Positions 27,237 through 39,109 of a DNA stretch of 64,000 nt are shown in pieces. How positions within the stretch are numbered: the stretch's first letter is position 1; each line of letters opens with the position of its first letter. Under the pieces are notes generated by a model. That model was not told the origin of the DNA. It saw only the letters and a program-made list of their open reading frames with translations, and ran no database searches. The translations under genes and the position numbers were made by a program. Origin of the DNA: Eledone cirrhosa (Eukaryota); assembly GCA_964016885.1 (NCBI GenBank), contig OZ024740.1:364994001-365058000 (forward strand), read 5' to 3'.

Positions 27237-27890
27237 CTCTCTCTCTCTCTCTCTCTCTCACTCAGTCTCTCTCTCAGTCTCTCCCCCAGTCTCTCTGTCA
27301 GTCTCTCCCCCAGTCTCTCTCTCAGTCTTTCCCCCAGTCTCTCTCTCTCAGTCTCTCTCTCAGTCTTTCTCTCAGTCTCTCTCTCTTAGTCTCTCTCTCA
27401 GTCTCTCTCTCAGTTTCTTCCCCAGTCTCTCTCTCAGTCTCTCCCCCATCTCTCTCTCAGTCTCTCCCCCAGTCTCTCTCTCAGTCTCTCTCTCAGTCTC
27501 TCCCCCAGTCTCTCCCCCAGTCTCTCTCCCATTCTCTCTCTCTCAGTCTCTCCCCCAGTCTCTCTCTCAGTCTCTCTCCCAGTCTCTCTCTCTCAGTCTC
27601 TCCCCCAGTCTCTCTCTCAGTCTCTCTCCCAGTCTCTCTCTCTCAGTCTCTCTGTCAGTCTCTCCCCCAGTCTCTCTCTCAGTCTCTCCCCCAGTCTCTC
27701 TGTCAGTCTCTCCCCCAGTCTCTCTCTCAGTCTCTCTCTCAGTCTCTCTCTCAGTTTCTTCCCCAGTCTCTCTCTCAGTCTCTCCCCCAGTCTCTCTCTC
27801 AGTCTCTCCCCCAGTCTCTCTCTCAGTCTCTCCCCCAGTCTCTCTCTCAGTCTCTATCTCAGTCTCTCCACCCCATCACTGTCTCTCTCA
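26978..27890. repeat. ~900-bp CT-rich compound microsatellite ((CT)n punctuated by CAGT)
   Basis: Directly visible; produces the S/L/V/Q low-complexity ORFs. Confidence 0.95.
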
Positions 27891-29100
27891 TTTAAAATAA
27901 TGTCACAAATTGATTACAGATTGTCACATTTGTGGTGATGTGGTAGGTAGAGTTGAACATATTGTAGCTAAAAAAATATTTTAACCATCTTAATTATCAA
28001 TGTTAGGTAGATGTTGACACCTTATCTTTTGCCAAAAAAATTGCACTTTTCAATGCATATGTATCCCATGTAAAAATTGACACCCCTTCCTTTTGCTTAA
28101 AAAAATTAGGAATTCTCACGTAAAAGTTGTCTGATCCTAATTCTTCCAAGACAACAGATCAACATTTGTGAATCAAGGTGTTATCCTAAGCATAAATATT
28201 ATAATGATGTACTTAATTTTACTCTACCATTACTCATATGTTCTGATGTACAGGAGTAGAATTATATATAAGAGCTATGTGGCCTTCTTTATGTGTTTTA
28301 GTAATTGAAATTGTATTTGGATGTGTAAAAATATCAGTATTATTATTTCTGTCATTTATTGTTTTACTTTTATTAATTTAAAGTCCATTTGGGCTTCTAC
28401 TTAGTGATACAGCATTTTGGATTGTCATGTGAATTTTAGCAACTCAAAGGTAGTATCGGTGTAATAGTCAGCCCCATAAATTTAACCTAAAAAAAATAGC
28501 CTAAAAAATTCGAATTTTACAGGAGTATACATGATATGTGTCTGTGTACTTTGTGGAAAAAATAATTAGATATATAAAAAATAAGAAACTAATTTTTTTT
28601 CTCAATTTAACTTCAATTTTGATTAATGCCATCTGGTTGTCATGGTAATATGTCAAGATTCTTCTCATCCATTCTATTGGAAATTTCTTTCTATTCTTGC
28701 CTTCTTCATTGCTATTCTTTCTTTGTCACTTCAATTTTCTTCTCCCAGGTGTCGCTTCTGTCATGCTGTTAGTCTAGTCTTTCTTTCTTTTCACAAATAT
28801 GACAGAGTGTTCACTGTATTCTGCTAAAGAAACTTTTTTTTTCAACAGTCTGTGAATTGTTGTACAGTTCCCAAAGTTATTAGTCTTTCAAATTGGTTTT
28901 GGCACATATATATGTATATATCTATAAATACACATATACATATACATATACACATATACATATACACATATACATATACACATATACATATACACATATA
29001 CATATACACATACATACTCATATAATCATACATATTTACATATATTCATACAAATATAAATACATGTGTACATCTACTCATACATACATATATGTGTGGG

Positions 29101-29300
29101 TTGGAACTCCATTGATTCTGATGATGAGTTTCTAGTTGTTGATTAACAGAACAGCCTGCTAGTGACATTAAATCGAAAGTGGCTGAGCATTCCACAGATA
29201 TGTGTACCTTTAATATAATTCTCAGGGAGATTTAACATGACACAGTGTGTAACAAGGTTGACTCTTTCAATTTCTGGAACAACTAATTTTTTTCTGCATG
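29101..29300 (-). mobile_element. SINE family C fragment; others at ~46970-47208 (+) and ~61560-61872 (-)
   Basis: The block gaacagcctgct...gtggctgagcattccacaga...ttctcagggagatt recurs in these copies. Confidence 0.65.
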
Positions 29301-31179
29301 GAATCACCATGGATAAGATTATTCAATATAATTCCTAATGTTGGTACAACAATAAAATGTACTCAATACACTCTGTAAATTGTTGGAATGTAATATAAGG
29401 GAGATGCAGGAATCCTACTCATTTGAAAGGTCAGTGTCTTTGATTAAGTACTGACTTGATGACGATGACGATGATGATGATGATGATGATAAAAGAATGC
29501 AGCAAATAAACACTTGTGGGAAGCTATATCATTAGAGGAGGTAATACAGATGTAATAAATAAAACAAAACAAACAATTGAGAGGCATCAGGAAATGATAA
29601 GATCTCATACTTCTGATTAAAATATTTACAGAGTCATCATCATCATTATAATCCTCATCAGTACTTAATTCAATACAGACATTAAGTCAGTATTTAATCA
29701 GGTACCATGCAGTGGGATCAAACCCCAAACCACAACCATCATAATCATGCAACCATGCTTGGCTCTATAACAATATTTATACCATTACCTGGATATAAAT
29801 TATTGAAATATTAATAATTCTGCAACAAATATCAGCTATTATAATTGTTTGCATGCAATGTTGTTGAGAATCCTAAAGCTCATTGAAGCTTTCAAGTTTG
29901 TCATTTTCTTCCCATAAGAGTGTAGTATTTAAAACATCAAGAATTAATGCCAATAGGTATTACAAAGTTAAGAATCTATGTTGCATCAGTTTGGCTTTTA
30001 ATGAACCACAATTATATAACTGCCTTTCAAAAAGGCAAAGAAATTTGAGCAAAGTTTCCCCTGTGATTTTTTAAAGGATATATTGATGCATAACATTCTA
30101 ATATCAAAGACCTGCTATCTGCAGCTCCTACTAACTCACTGATTCACCAACTAGAAATGTTAAACATGGCTTCAGAATATACATTAGAGACAACAATCAA
30201 TAATAAAGAACAGTCTAATGTTAACCCTTGCCCTAACGAAATGTAGTCATCATTGAAATTGGCACTCCAATATAGCTTTATTTGCAATGACTGAAGTGAA
30301 CTAAAGAGAACCCCGTGAGACCCTGTTACAATCTATTAACTGATTTAGATGTAATCTCCTGCAGAAATGAGTGAATATGCCACAGAAGTTTCAAACGGTC
30401 AATTCCTTACATGCTGGGCTCATATATTTATTCTTTGTTCATCTGCTTTTATTGTCATTGTCTTCAATGTGACACTAGAATTGTCCACAGATATATTTTG
30501 GTTTGGAGTTTCAGTAAATGTACTACACAAATCTGTCTATTTTCAATGAAACAATGAGGGAACATTCTTATGGTCACTTACTCCACCAGAAATAGCAGCC
30601 AAATTATCTCAAACCACAAAACTACACCCTGCAGGTTAAAAAGACAGTGTACATCAAACAATATTGTCCTAAAAATACAAAATGATGAGATGATCACAAC
30701 AGGAACACCAATGATCATATATCTGCTACACCAGAGCTGGGGGTTCAACAAAAACAACTGCTCTCTCTCAACTTAATCCATGTTATATATATATGAGAGT
30801 GTGCACACACACACACACATGCGCGTGCATGCACACAAACACACACACACACACACACACACATATGGAAAATAAGACACGGAGGACATAATTTCAATGG
30901 TATATAGAAATATGTGAAAAAAATATGTATCCATCACAAATCAAAATGAAACGTTGAAAAAATATTTATTGAAACTGGTTTGTGCAAAAACTATCTAGGT
31001 AATCATGACTTTAAATAAGTAATTTTTATGAATTAATTTCATTTTTACTGTGTATTGTAAATGTTGAACGTGTATAAACAAAAACATTAGCTGTATCTTC
31101 AAATCTATATTATTCATCATCATCATCATCATCATCATCGTTTAACATCCATTTTCCATGTTACCATGATATATATATA

Positions 31180-31530
31180 CAATATATTAATAAATGGAAA
31201 CTATATTTATAAAACCATATTTATTTTATTATATATATTTCAAGGGCGGAATTATCCAGCGAATTTCAACTGTTGAGGTTGTCTTTTTTTCGGGTATGTC
31301 AATATTTATTTATAAAACAAATCTGTATTTTATCTGATGAAAGCGCACCATAATTTACCTTCATCGCCCTTGAAATATATATAATAAAATAAATATGGTT
31401 TTATAAATATAGTTTCCATTTATTAATATATTGTGTATTTACTCCACTAACTTGTTGAGTGCTTTATATCAGTTATAAAAATGTTTAAGCTTGTTGAATC
31501 CCAACAAATTAAATATAACTTCTGCATGTA
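31180..31530 (+). mobile_element. Small non-coding Penelope-like end: hammerhead, 69-bp inverted repeat and terminal hairpin
   Basis: Arms 31180-31248 and 31365-31433 are reverse complements. Hammerhead at 31326-31391; tail tactccac...gagtgct at 31440-31463; (TA)n on both sides. Confidence 0.75.
31326..31391 (+). ncRNA. Type I hammerhead ribozyme
   Basis: tattttat-CTGATGA-aagcg...cgccctt-GAAA-tatata-TA-ataaaata. Perfect 8-bp stem I and palindromic stem III. Confidence 0.75.
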
Positions 31531-31644
31531 TATATATATATACATTATTCAGTTGATGAAAGTTGGTTGATGAAAAATCTGCTGACTTTTTTATAAATAG
31601 ATGTGAAGCACTCTACAATTTATATTCCTTAGAATTTTCTCTGT

Positions 31645-31703
31645 AAGGTATTACCTGGAGTTTTAGTAAAATAAATAAGAGAGGCGGTTTTATTATTATA
31701 TAT

Positions 31704-31781
<78 letters not shown>

Positions 31782-31842
31782 ATATATATAATAATAAAAC
31801 CGCCTCTCTTATTTATTATACTAAAAATCCAGGTTATACCTT
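31645..31842. repeat. ~55-bp inverted repeat centred on a (TA)n tract
   Basis: aaggtattacctggagttttagtaaaataaataagagaggcggttttattatta pairs with taataataaaaccgcctctcttatttattatactaaaaatccaggttatacctt. Confidence 0.85.
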
Positions 31843-31846
31843 CCAA

Positions 31847-31883
<37 letters not shown>

Positions 31884-31913
31884 AGATCAAAAGATGGTTA
31901 AAAGAGTTCCAAG

Positions 31914-31984
31914 TATTTTATTATGCTCATTTCAAAAACAAATATCATCATGGGATGATATTTGCGTTCTCATCAGATAAAATA
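31914..31984 (-). ncRNA. Type I hammerhead ribozyme in the PLE 3' UTR
   Basis: Minus strand: tattttat-CTGATGA-gaacgcaaatatcat...atgatatttgttttt-GAAA-tgagca-TA-ataaaata. Confidence 0.8.
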
Positions 31985-32995
31985 GGGAAACATGATATGA
32001 AGCTTTAAAAACACTTGTGAGCAGTGAAGTTTTAAATCAACATATGAAAAATAAAGTAAGATGGATATATGAGATTGGGAAAAAAGGGAGAGGGGGGAGG
32101 TAGGGAAATGTAAGGAAGAGGAAGAAAGAAAATAAAGGATGATGGGGGGAGGAGTATAAGAAGGAAGGATGAGAGAGGAGGAGAAATGGGTGATAGAGAG
32201 AGAGAAATATCCTTTACAACTGAGAAAACATTGTCTCACAGAGAGAAATTAAAAAACCGTTGGAAGATAATAGATAATTTAAAAAGATTTTGAAATTAAA
32301 AGTTAATGAGGTTTATGGATGTTGATATTTATGATTAAAGAAAAAGGAATTAAGAATAGTATTAATTTAAGGTTTATATATTGAAGGGTTTAATAATATG
32401 TGCGAAAAAAAGAATTTATTAATATGTATTATTAAAATTAAAATAATAATGATATAAAGGATATAATGTGAAAGAAGGAGAAGAATAAATGAATTATGAA
32501 CTTAGAGGAATTAGTTAGAGTTTAAGTTTGTTTTTATGTATTGTAATATGTAACAGTAAATAATAGGTTTAAAACGAACACGGAAGGAGAGAAGAAAAAG
32601 GAGAATTTAAGGAAGAAAAAATATCTAACGTCAAAAGGTATATATGTTTACAAAACTTTTCTAATGGTAATATTATTATATATTAAAAAATATAGTTTCT
32701 ATGGCCAATAATATGAGGAAAAATGGGAAAATGGAAAATGCTGTAGTGAGTAATACTATGAATTGAGAAGTAATTGGGAAGTAAAAGTTACAGATTAAAG
32801 ATTAGAAATTAAAAAAGAAAAAAGGGAAGAAAGGTAAAAGGATAAAAGAAGAAAGATAGGGGACCTCTAACGACATAGAATGAGTAAATTGTATAATATA
32901 ATATACTGAAATAAGGTAGAAAGATGGGTATATTTGTAATAGATATAAAAGCCTTTGAGAAAAAGAATATTTTAAACTAATTAGGTATTGAGATA

Positions 32996-35153
32996 TTAGC
33001 TGTATACTTTATGGAAAGTTCTATGGGATTTATGCAAGCAGAGCGAAAATAAATCCGTACGTCTGTTTATTATAGAATTAAAATTAGATATAATGGTAAA
33101 TTTCTCGGCTAGACAGAGATTACATGTTCTGGATAGGGAAGAATTTCGGTAAGGAAAGGCGTTGCAAACCTTCCTCCAAGAGATGTTGTGGTTAATATTC
33201 TTTTAAGGACCATATGAGTTCCGAGAGTGCCGTGTTAGTTCTTTTAAGTTGGTATTTAAAAGACGATTTGTGATTATAAAATCTTGCTTTAAAGGAGGTG
33301 GAAGTGGAACCGAAATAGGTAAAAGAATTAGTACCAGTTTTAACCTTACATTCATACACTAAGTTTTTATCAAGACATTGGTTATTAAGAGGACATTTAG
33401 TTCTAACAGGTCAATTACAATTACGATTAGAGAAATTAACAGAGTTATTAACAAGTGACCTATTATTATTTATAGAAGGAATTGGATTGAGGAAGTTATT
33501 TACGATAGGAACTATAGTTTCCTGATTTAGATTGGTATTATGAACATTCAACGAAGTTACGTTTGACGTCGTATTTAAATTTACTGAATCTAGCCTAGAG
33601 TTAACATTGACGTCGGGTATGCTACTGCTATTATTATGACGCTCAATGTTGGATGGATGTAATTTATTATTTAATATTTTATTATTGTGTTTAGAGATAA
33701 TGTTAGAGATGTTGGAAGTGGTGGAATAAGAGAATTTGATTGTATGTTTGTTAAAGATTTTACTATAGATATGCGAGGAAGGGAAGCATTTATCTAAGGC
33801 CCTAAAGAATAGTTTAGGAGTATTATTAGTAATAGATAAAGAAAAAGGAGCATTATACCAAATCATATTTTTGTATCTAGGTCTTTTATTTAAGTTATTG
33901 GAATGTTCATAATTAACTATTTTACTATAAGTCCTTCGATGATTGGTTTCTTTACTGTATTTAATTTTATCAGGATAACCGGCTTTGGAAAGCGCATTAT
34001 TATAGTAATTGGCATTAGCGTCGAAGATAACTTTATTAGAGGATAGATTTGAGATTCTTTTTTCAATATTACTGACTATAGCATTTTTAACGTTAGTGGG
34101 GTGTTTAGATTTAAAATGAACATAATTTAGATTCTCATTGTTTTTACGGTAAGGGTAATATAGGCCAGTGTCAAGATTAAGGGATATATCCAAGAAGTTA
34201 GCTAGTTTGACGTTGTTATCAAATTCAATTTTACGGTTATGGTGCTTAAATAGATCAAGTATATTGTTCTTAATAATATTAAGGTTAACTAAGTTACAGT
34301 TTAAGACAGTAAAAAGTGCATCGTCACGATAAATTCCACCGCGAAGTTGAGGAATTTTCCGATTTAAAGAATTCAAAATAAAGATACCAATCAAGTCCGT
34401 CAATTGCGATGAATCGGAAGCACCCATTGTGATATCAAAATTATTGGCAGTATCAGCTCTAGTCCAATATTCATTGTTGAATTCCAAGATAGTTTTTCTT
34501 GCGGTGAGAATGATGTAAAGTTCATCTGTGGTAATGTCAGAATATTTAAATGCGAAAGATAGAGCGTTGTTGAGGAGTGAAGGCGAAATAGAAGAATAGT
34601 AACTGGCAATGTCAAACTGAATAAATTGTTGTTTGTTTTTATTATTCAGGTCATTGAACCAGCCAATTACTTCAGATGTACCAATCCATAAATTTAAGTT
34701 AGAAATAGAGCAATTAGAACGAACCTGTGGGATAATTCTATCCAAGATGGATTTACTAACAACCTCCAGATCTGATTTAGAGGGGGCGATTAGTCTAACA
34801 GGCAGTTCCGTTCGAAAGTTACTTTTATGATCCTTGAGATTTATCCTCGGAGTTCTTGGGAAGAATGGTTCGGTCTTTTTCTCGGTGCCAAGTTTAGACA
34901 TAATCTCAGAAGCTTCCAAGTTTATAGATTCCAAATTGTCATGGTTAGTTTTACGATAATTCTTCCTTAGTTCCTTAAGGATAAGGTTATTATACTTATC
35001 TTTAGATACGTCATATAAATTATTAGTTTTGTCGGAGTGGACTAAGACATTTTTAGAGGAATTAAGGTCCAAAATCGTATTCCTGAGATTTATAAGGTGC
35101 TCCTGTCCTCTATAAGGGTTTCTCTTGAATTTAAGACCTCTTATAATATTAGT
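32996..35153 (-). pseudogene. PLE reverse transcriptase-GIY-YIG polyprotein (in-frame TGA at 33411, frameshift at ~33193)
   Basis: RT motifs QFDIASYYSSI, ITMGASDS, GIYRDD, NFLDI and YRK...YVH.KS.HP. Beyond the TGA the same frame reads PVRTKCPLNNQCLDKNLVYECKV...TYFGSTSTSFKARFYNHKSSF...TALSELIWSLKEY. After the shift: ISWRKV...CNLCLAEK...NRRTDLFSLCLH...stop. Confidence 0.9.
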
Positions 35154-35329
35154 TAAAGTAAATAATAGGTTTAAAACGAGCACGGAAGGAGAGAAGAAAA
35201 AAGAGAATTTAAGGAAGAAAAAATATCTAACGTCAAAAGGTAGATATGTTTACAAAAGTTTTCTAATGGTAATATTATTATATATTAAAAAATATAGTTT
35301 CTATGGCCAATTATATTTTTTTATATATA

Positions 35330-35513
35330 ATAATTGTTTCTACTTTAGGCACAAGGCCAACAATTATTCAGTGCATTACTGGTACTTTATTTTATCGACC
35401 CCGTAAGGATGAAAGGCAAAGTCAACCTCGGCGGGATTTGAACTCAGATCGTAAAGGGACGTAACTATGCTGGAAAGCATGGCGTCCGACCCTCTACCGA
35501 TACTGCCAATCCA
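35330..35513 (-). mobile_element. SINE family A copy at the PLE inversion junction
   Basis: Reverse complement of the family A sequence. Confidence 0.85.
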
Positions 35514-35814
35514 CAATAATATTACCATTAGAAAATTTTTGTAAACATATATACCTTTTGACGTTAGATATTTTTTCTTCCTTAAATTCTCTTTTTTCTT
35601 CTCTCCTTCCGTGTTCGTTTTAAACCTATTATTTACTTTTACATATTACAATACGTAAAAACAAACTTAAACTCTAACTAATTCCTCTAAGTTCATAATT
35701 CATTTATTCTTCTCCTTCTTTCACATTATATCCTTTATATCATTAATATTTTAATTTTAATAATACATATTAATAAATTCTTTTTTTCGCACATATTATT
35801 AAACCCTTCAATAA

Positions 35815-36000
35815 GGCGGTGGATTGGCAGTATCGGTAGAGGGTCCGACGCCATGCTTTGACGCATAGAGTTACGTCCCTTGCCATTCTGATTTCAAATC
35901 CCGCCGAGGTTAACTTTGCCTTTCATCCTTACGGGGTCGATAAAATAAAGTACCAGTAATGCACTGGGTAATTGCTGGCCTTGTGCCAAAAGTAGAAACA
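35815..36000 (+). mobile_element. SINE family A copy with 19-bp target-site duplication
   Basis: TSD attattaaacccttcaata at 35795-35813 and 36001-36019; the empty site is present in the other arm (~32380-32398). Confidence 0.9.
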
Positions 36001-36403
36001 ATTATTAAACCCTTCAATATATAAACCTTAAATTAATACTATTCTTAATTCCTTTTTCTTTAATCATAAATATCAACATCCATAAACCTCATTAACTTTT
36101 AATTTCAAAATCTTTTTAAATTATCTATTATCTTCCAACGGTTTTTTAATTTCTCTCTGTGAGACAATGTTTTCTCAGTTGTAAAGGCTATTTCTCTCTC
36201 TCTATCACCCATTTCTCCTCCTCTCTCATCCTTCCTTCTTATACTCCTCCCCCCATCATCCTTTATTTTCTTTCTTCCTCTTCCTTACATTCCCCCCCTC
36301 CCTTTTTCCTCAATCTCATATATCCATCTTACTTTATTTTTCATATGTTGATTTAAAACTTCACTATTCACAAGTGTTTTTAAAGCTTCATATCATATTT
36401 CCC

Positions 36404-36474
36404 TATTTTATCTGATGAGAACGCAAATATCATCCCATGATGATATTTGTTTTTGAAATGCGCATAATAAAATA
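36404..36474 (+). ncRNA. Type I hammerhead ribozyme in the inverted pLTR
   Basis: tattttat-CTGATGA(36412)-long stem II-GAAA(36455)-tgcgca-TA-ataaaata. Intact core and palindromic stem III. Confidence 0.85.
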
Positions 36475-36610
36475 CTTGGAACTCTTTTAACCATCTTTTG
36501 ATCTTATATTATTTATACTCCAGTCCTATAAACTGTGGAGTGCTACTTATGCGATATTTGCATTGCTTTATTGTGCTACAATAAAACTCACCTCCTACAC
36601 ATATATATAC

Positions 36611-37570
36611 GATTCCAACCGTGACCATCCCCATTGAAAGTTTCGTGAAATCGTCTTTTTAAGACTATACAGAGCTTTTGTAGTTTTTCCAAATTGAAGG
36701 ATGAGTATTTAAACTTTATTTTATTCTGAGTTAAGGCTCTATTGATTTTTCTCTGGATTTCACAAAATTCTGTGGATAAATCTATGTCTTGATTTTTTTT
36801 TTTAAATTGAGTTTGAATTATTTTCCCACATCTTACGTTAACTATTTTTCCATGTTGACGTTATAGTCACTTATATATTATGAAATACTGTTGGCTTCAT
36901 GCTCACAATAATTTCTATACTTTCATTTATATTTATACTCGGAATTTTCATAGAGTGCTTAAAATTATTTGTGACTAATCCCGGTCTTAAAAAAAAAAAA
37001 AATGCGATAATATTGCTATTTTGCTGGACTCCTTACATTTGTAGAGTTTTTTCGGAATGTTTTTTTACTGCTGTTTCCTGTAAACAAACATTCGTCTCAT
37101 TCTGACGTCACCAGCTATGTCTCTCCATGGGCGTTTATTTTCATAATTACGCATGATGTGAACTAGCCTGCTTTTAAATTCCCTTTTTGGCATATTCTAA
37201 ACAGTGGTACTAGGGTTGTCGTGTTTTGAGCTCTGCTGACGATCGACTTCAACCGTGACGATCCCCACTGAAAGTTTCGTGAAATAGTCTTTTTAAGACT
37301 ATACAGAGCATTTGTAGTATTTCCAAATTGAAGGATGAGTATTTAAACTTTATATTATTCTGAGTTAAGGCTCTATTGATTTTTCCCTGGATTTCACAAA
37401 AATTCTGTGGATAAATCTATGTCTTGATGTTTTTTTTAATTGAGTTTGAATTATTTTCCCATATTTTACGTTAACTATTTTTCCATTTTGACGTTATAGT
37501 CACTTATATATTATGAAATACTGTTGGCTTCATGCTCACAATAATTTCTATAATTTCATTTATATTTATA
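36611..37570 (+). mobile_element. Retrozyme-like non-coding element: 634-bp unit present as a ~1.5-mer
   Basis: 36615-36935 repeats at 37249-37570 (offset 634). No credible ORF, complete hammerhead at 37230-37309, flanked by (TA)n. Confidence 0.75.
37230..37309 (+). ncRNA. Complete type I hammerhead ribozyme
   Basis: gctctg-CTGACGA-tcga...ttcgt-GAAA-tagtctt-ttt-aagacta-TA-cagagc. 6-bp stem I, 7-bp stem III, predicted cleavage after 37303. Confidence 0.85.
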
Positions 37571-37577
37571 TATATAT

Positions 37578-38803
37578 ATCATCATCATCAACGTTTAACG
37601 TCCGTGTTCCACGCTTGCATGGGTTTGGACGGGGGTAGTCCCACTTGAGGCAAGAGTGATTGTCTTGCTCGCATAGGACTGTCTGGCAGGTTTTCTACAG
37701 TTGGATGCCCTTCCTAACACCAACCACATTTACAGTGTGGGTCTGGGAGGTTTTTACCGTGTTGCCTACACGGCCACATTACAGCGTGGACTGTGTGTTT
37801 TTTTGTCGTGACACCTACACGATCTCATTTGTTTTGGCCTGGATGGCGCGGCACCAACATAACTTTACATAGAACGGGGTGGTGTGGATGGGGTGGGGGT
37901 GGTGGCGGGACGGGGTGTATTTTGTTAGAGATGCCTACTGGCAAGGCGGGTCTTCTCTGTTACTGAGTACCGCCAAAGGTCTCGGTCCAGTGACATTGTC
38001 TTGGAGAGGTGTAAGTGTGTGAGGTCGGAGTTTATCAGCTCATCCCATGTTTTTCTAGGTCTGCCTATTCCGTGGCTACCGTCTATCTTTATTGCCCTGC
38101 ACTTTGTTATACAGCTATCGACTTTCATGCGCATCACGTGTCCATACCAACGCAGCCTTCTCTCGAGTAAACAACATCTGATCCCTCTTATCTCTAATTT
38201 TTTCCTTAGTTCGTTTATGCTTTGCCGTTCACGTATATTACTGTTACACATCCAGCGGAGCATGCAAGCTTCGTTCCTCTCTAGTCTGCGTATATCCTCT
38301 GCACACAATGCCCAGGTCTCACTACCATGCAACATTGCTGTTCGTATGCAGGCATCGTACAACCTGCTTTTCATTTTTAGGGAGAACCCTTTAGCAGCTA
38401 ATAGTGGTATAAGCTCTCTGAACTTTTTCCAACCAGTTCTGACTCTAGCTACAGTACTTTCAGAGCACCCTCCCCCACTGCTGATTTTATCGCCCAGGTA
38501 ACAGAAGCTGTCCACTATTTCTATAGAACCCTCTGCGCAATTGAAAGAGCTAGTATTTTGTGGGCACTTGCTGCTACTTATTGCACCAGAACACCGGCCA
38601 CATGTAAAATCTATGTTCTTAGTTAGCTTACCTGTGATCCCACTACATCTTTTATGCACCCATACTTTGCATTTAGGACATAAAATGAAGTTTCTACCTA
38701 CGCCTTTCCTACACACCGAGCACGACCATTTCCCAGAAGGGACCGCCGCCTTGTTTTCTTTCCTACAAACTAGAACTTTGGTCTTAGCCAGGTTAATTTT
38801 AAG
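37578..38803 (-). mobile_element. 5'-truncated RTE LINE
   Basis: ORF 37925-38716 (PHD finger to GRPRKTW C-terminus), 3' UTR and (CAT)n tail. Confidence 0.95.
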
Positions 38804-39109
38804 TCATATATATATATATATATTTATATATAGTGTGTGTGTGTAGGGACTGAAACTCAGTACTTACTGCAACCAGTGAAAACACAATGAGGCAACAGGA
38901 TCTTTATCAGGCTGAGAATGGAGCTAAACTGCACATTGTAATATGTAAAGTGGTTGGTGCCATGATAAAATGCTTCTAGTCCACACTGTAAAGTGGTAAT
39001 GCTATTGTCATGATATAATGCACCCTCTCCAATAGAGTACTATTGCTAGTAATACAATAAAAAACACCCAGTCCGCACTATAAAGTAGTGGTGCTGATAC
39101 CATGATAAA

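Larger units (their letters stand above)
31878..36600 (-). mobile_element. Penelope-like retroelement (5'-truncated RT plus C-terminal GIY-YIG) with inverted pLTR/3' UTR copy
   Basis: RT ORF 33411-35183. The 3' UTR 31878-32680 is duplicated inverted at 35514-36512 (SINE-interrupted); 32555-32712 is also repeated directly at 35154-35311. Hammerheads in both arms; (TA)n at both ends. Confidence 0.9.

Noticed and set aside
26898-27900. Long S/L/V/Q-rich ORFs
   Set aside because: They are translations of a CT microsatellite, open in all frames.
29119-29135. CTGATGA as hammerhead core
   Set aside because: Lies within a SINE family C fragment, with no downstream GAAA or stems.
29790-30640. Very old LINE RT remnant on the minus strand (GIDRLKLLWHIHSFLQ)
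   Set aside because: Only a faint motif amid many stops; cannot be supported without a search.
31878-32995. SECIS element for the TGA at 33411
   Set aside because: No convincing AUGA/AA/GA kink-turn stem seen by eye; the ATGA motifs near 31970 belong to the hammerhead. Needs a computational search.
35154-35183. Start of the 590-aa ORF
   Set aside because: The first ~10 codons come from the duplicated UTR piece; the real ORF is 5'-truncated.
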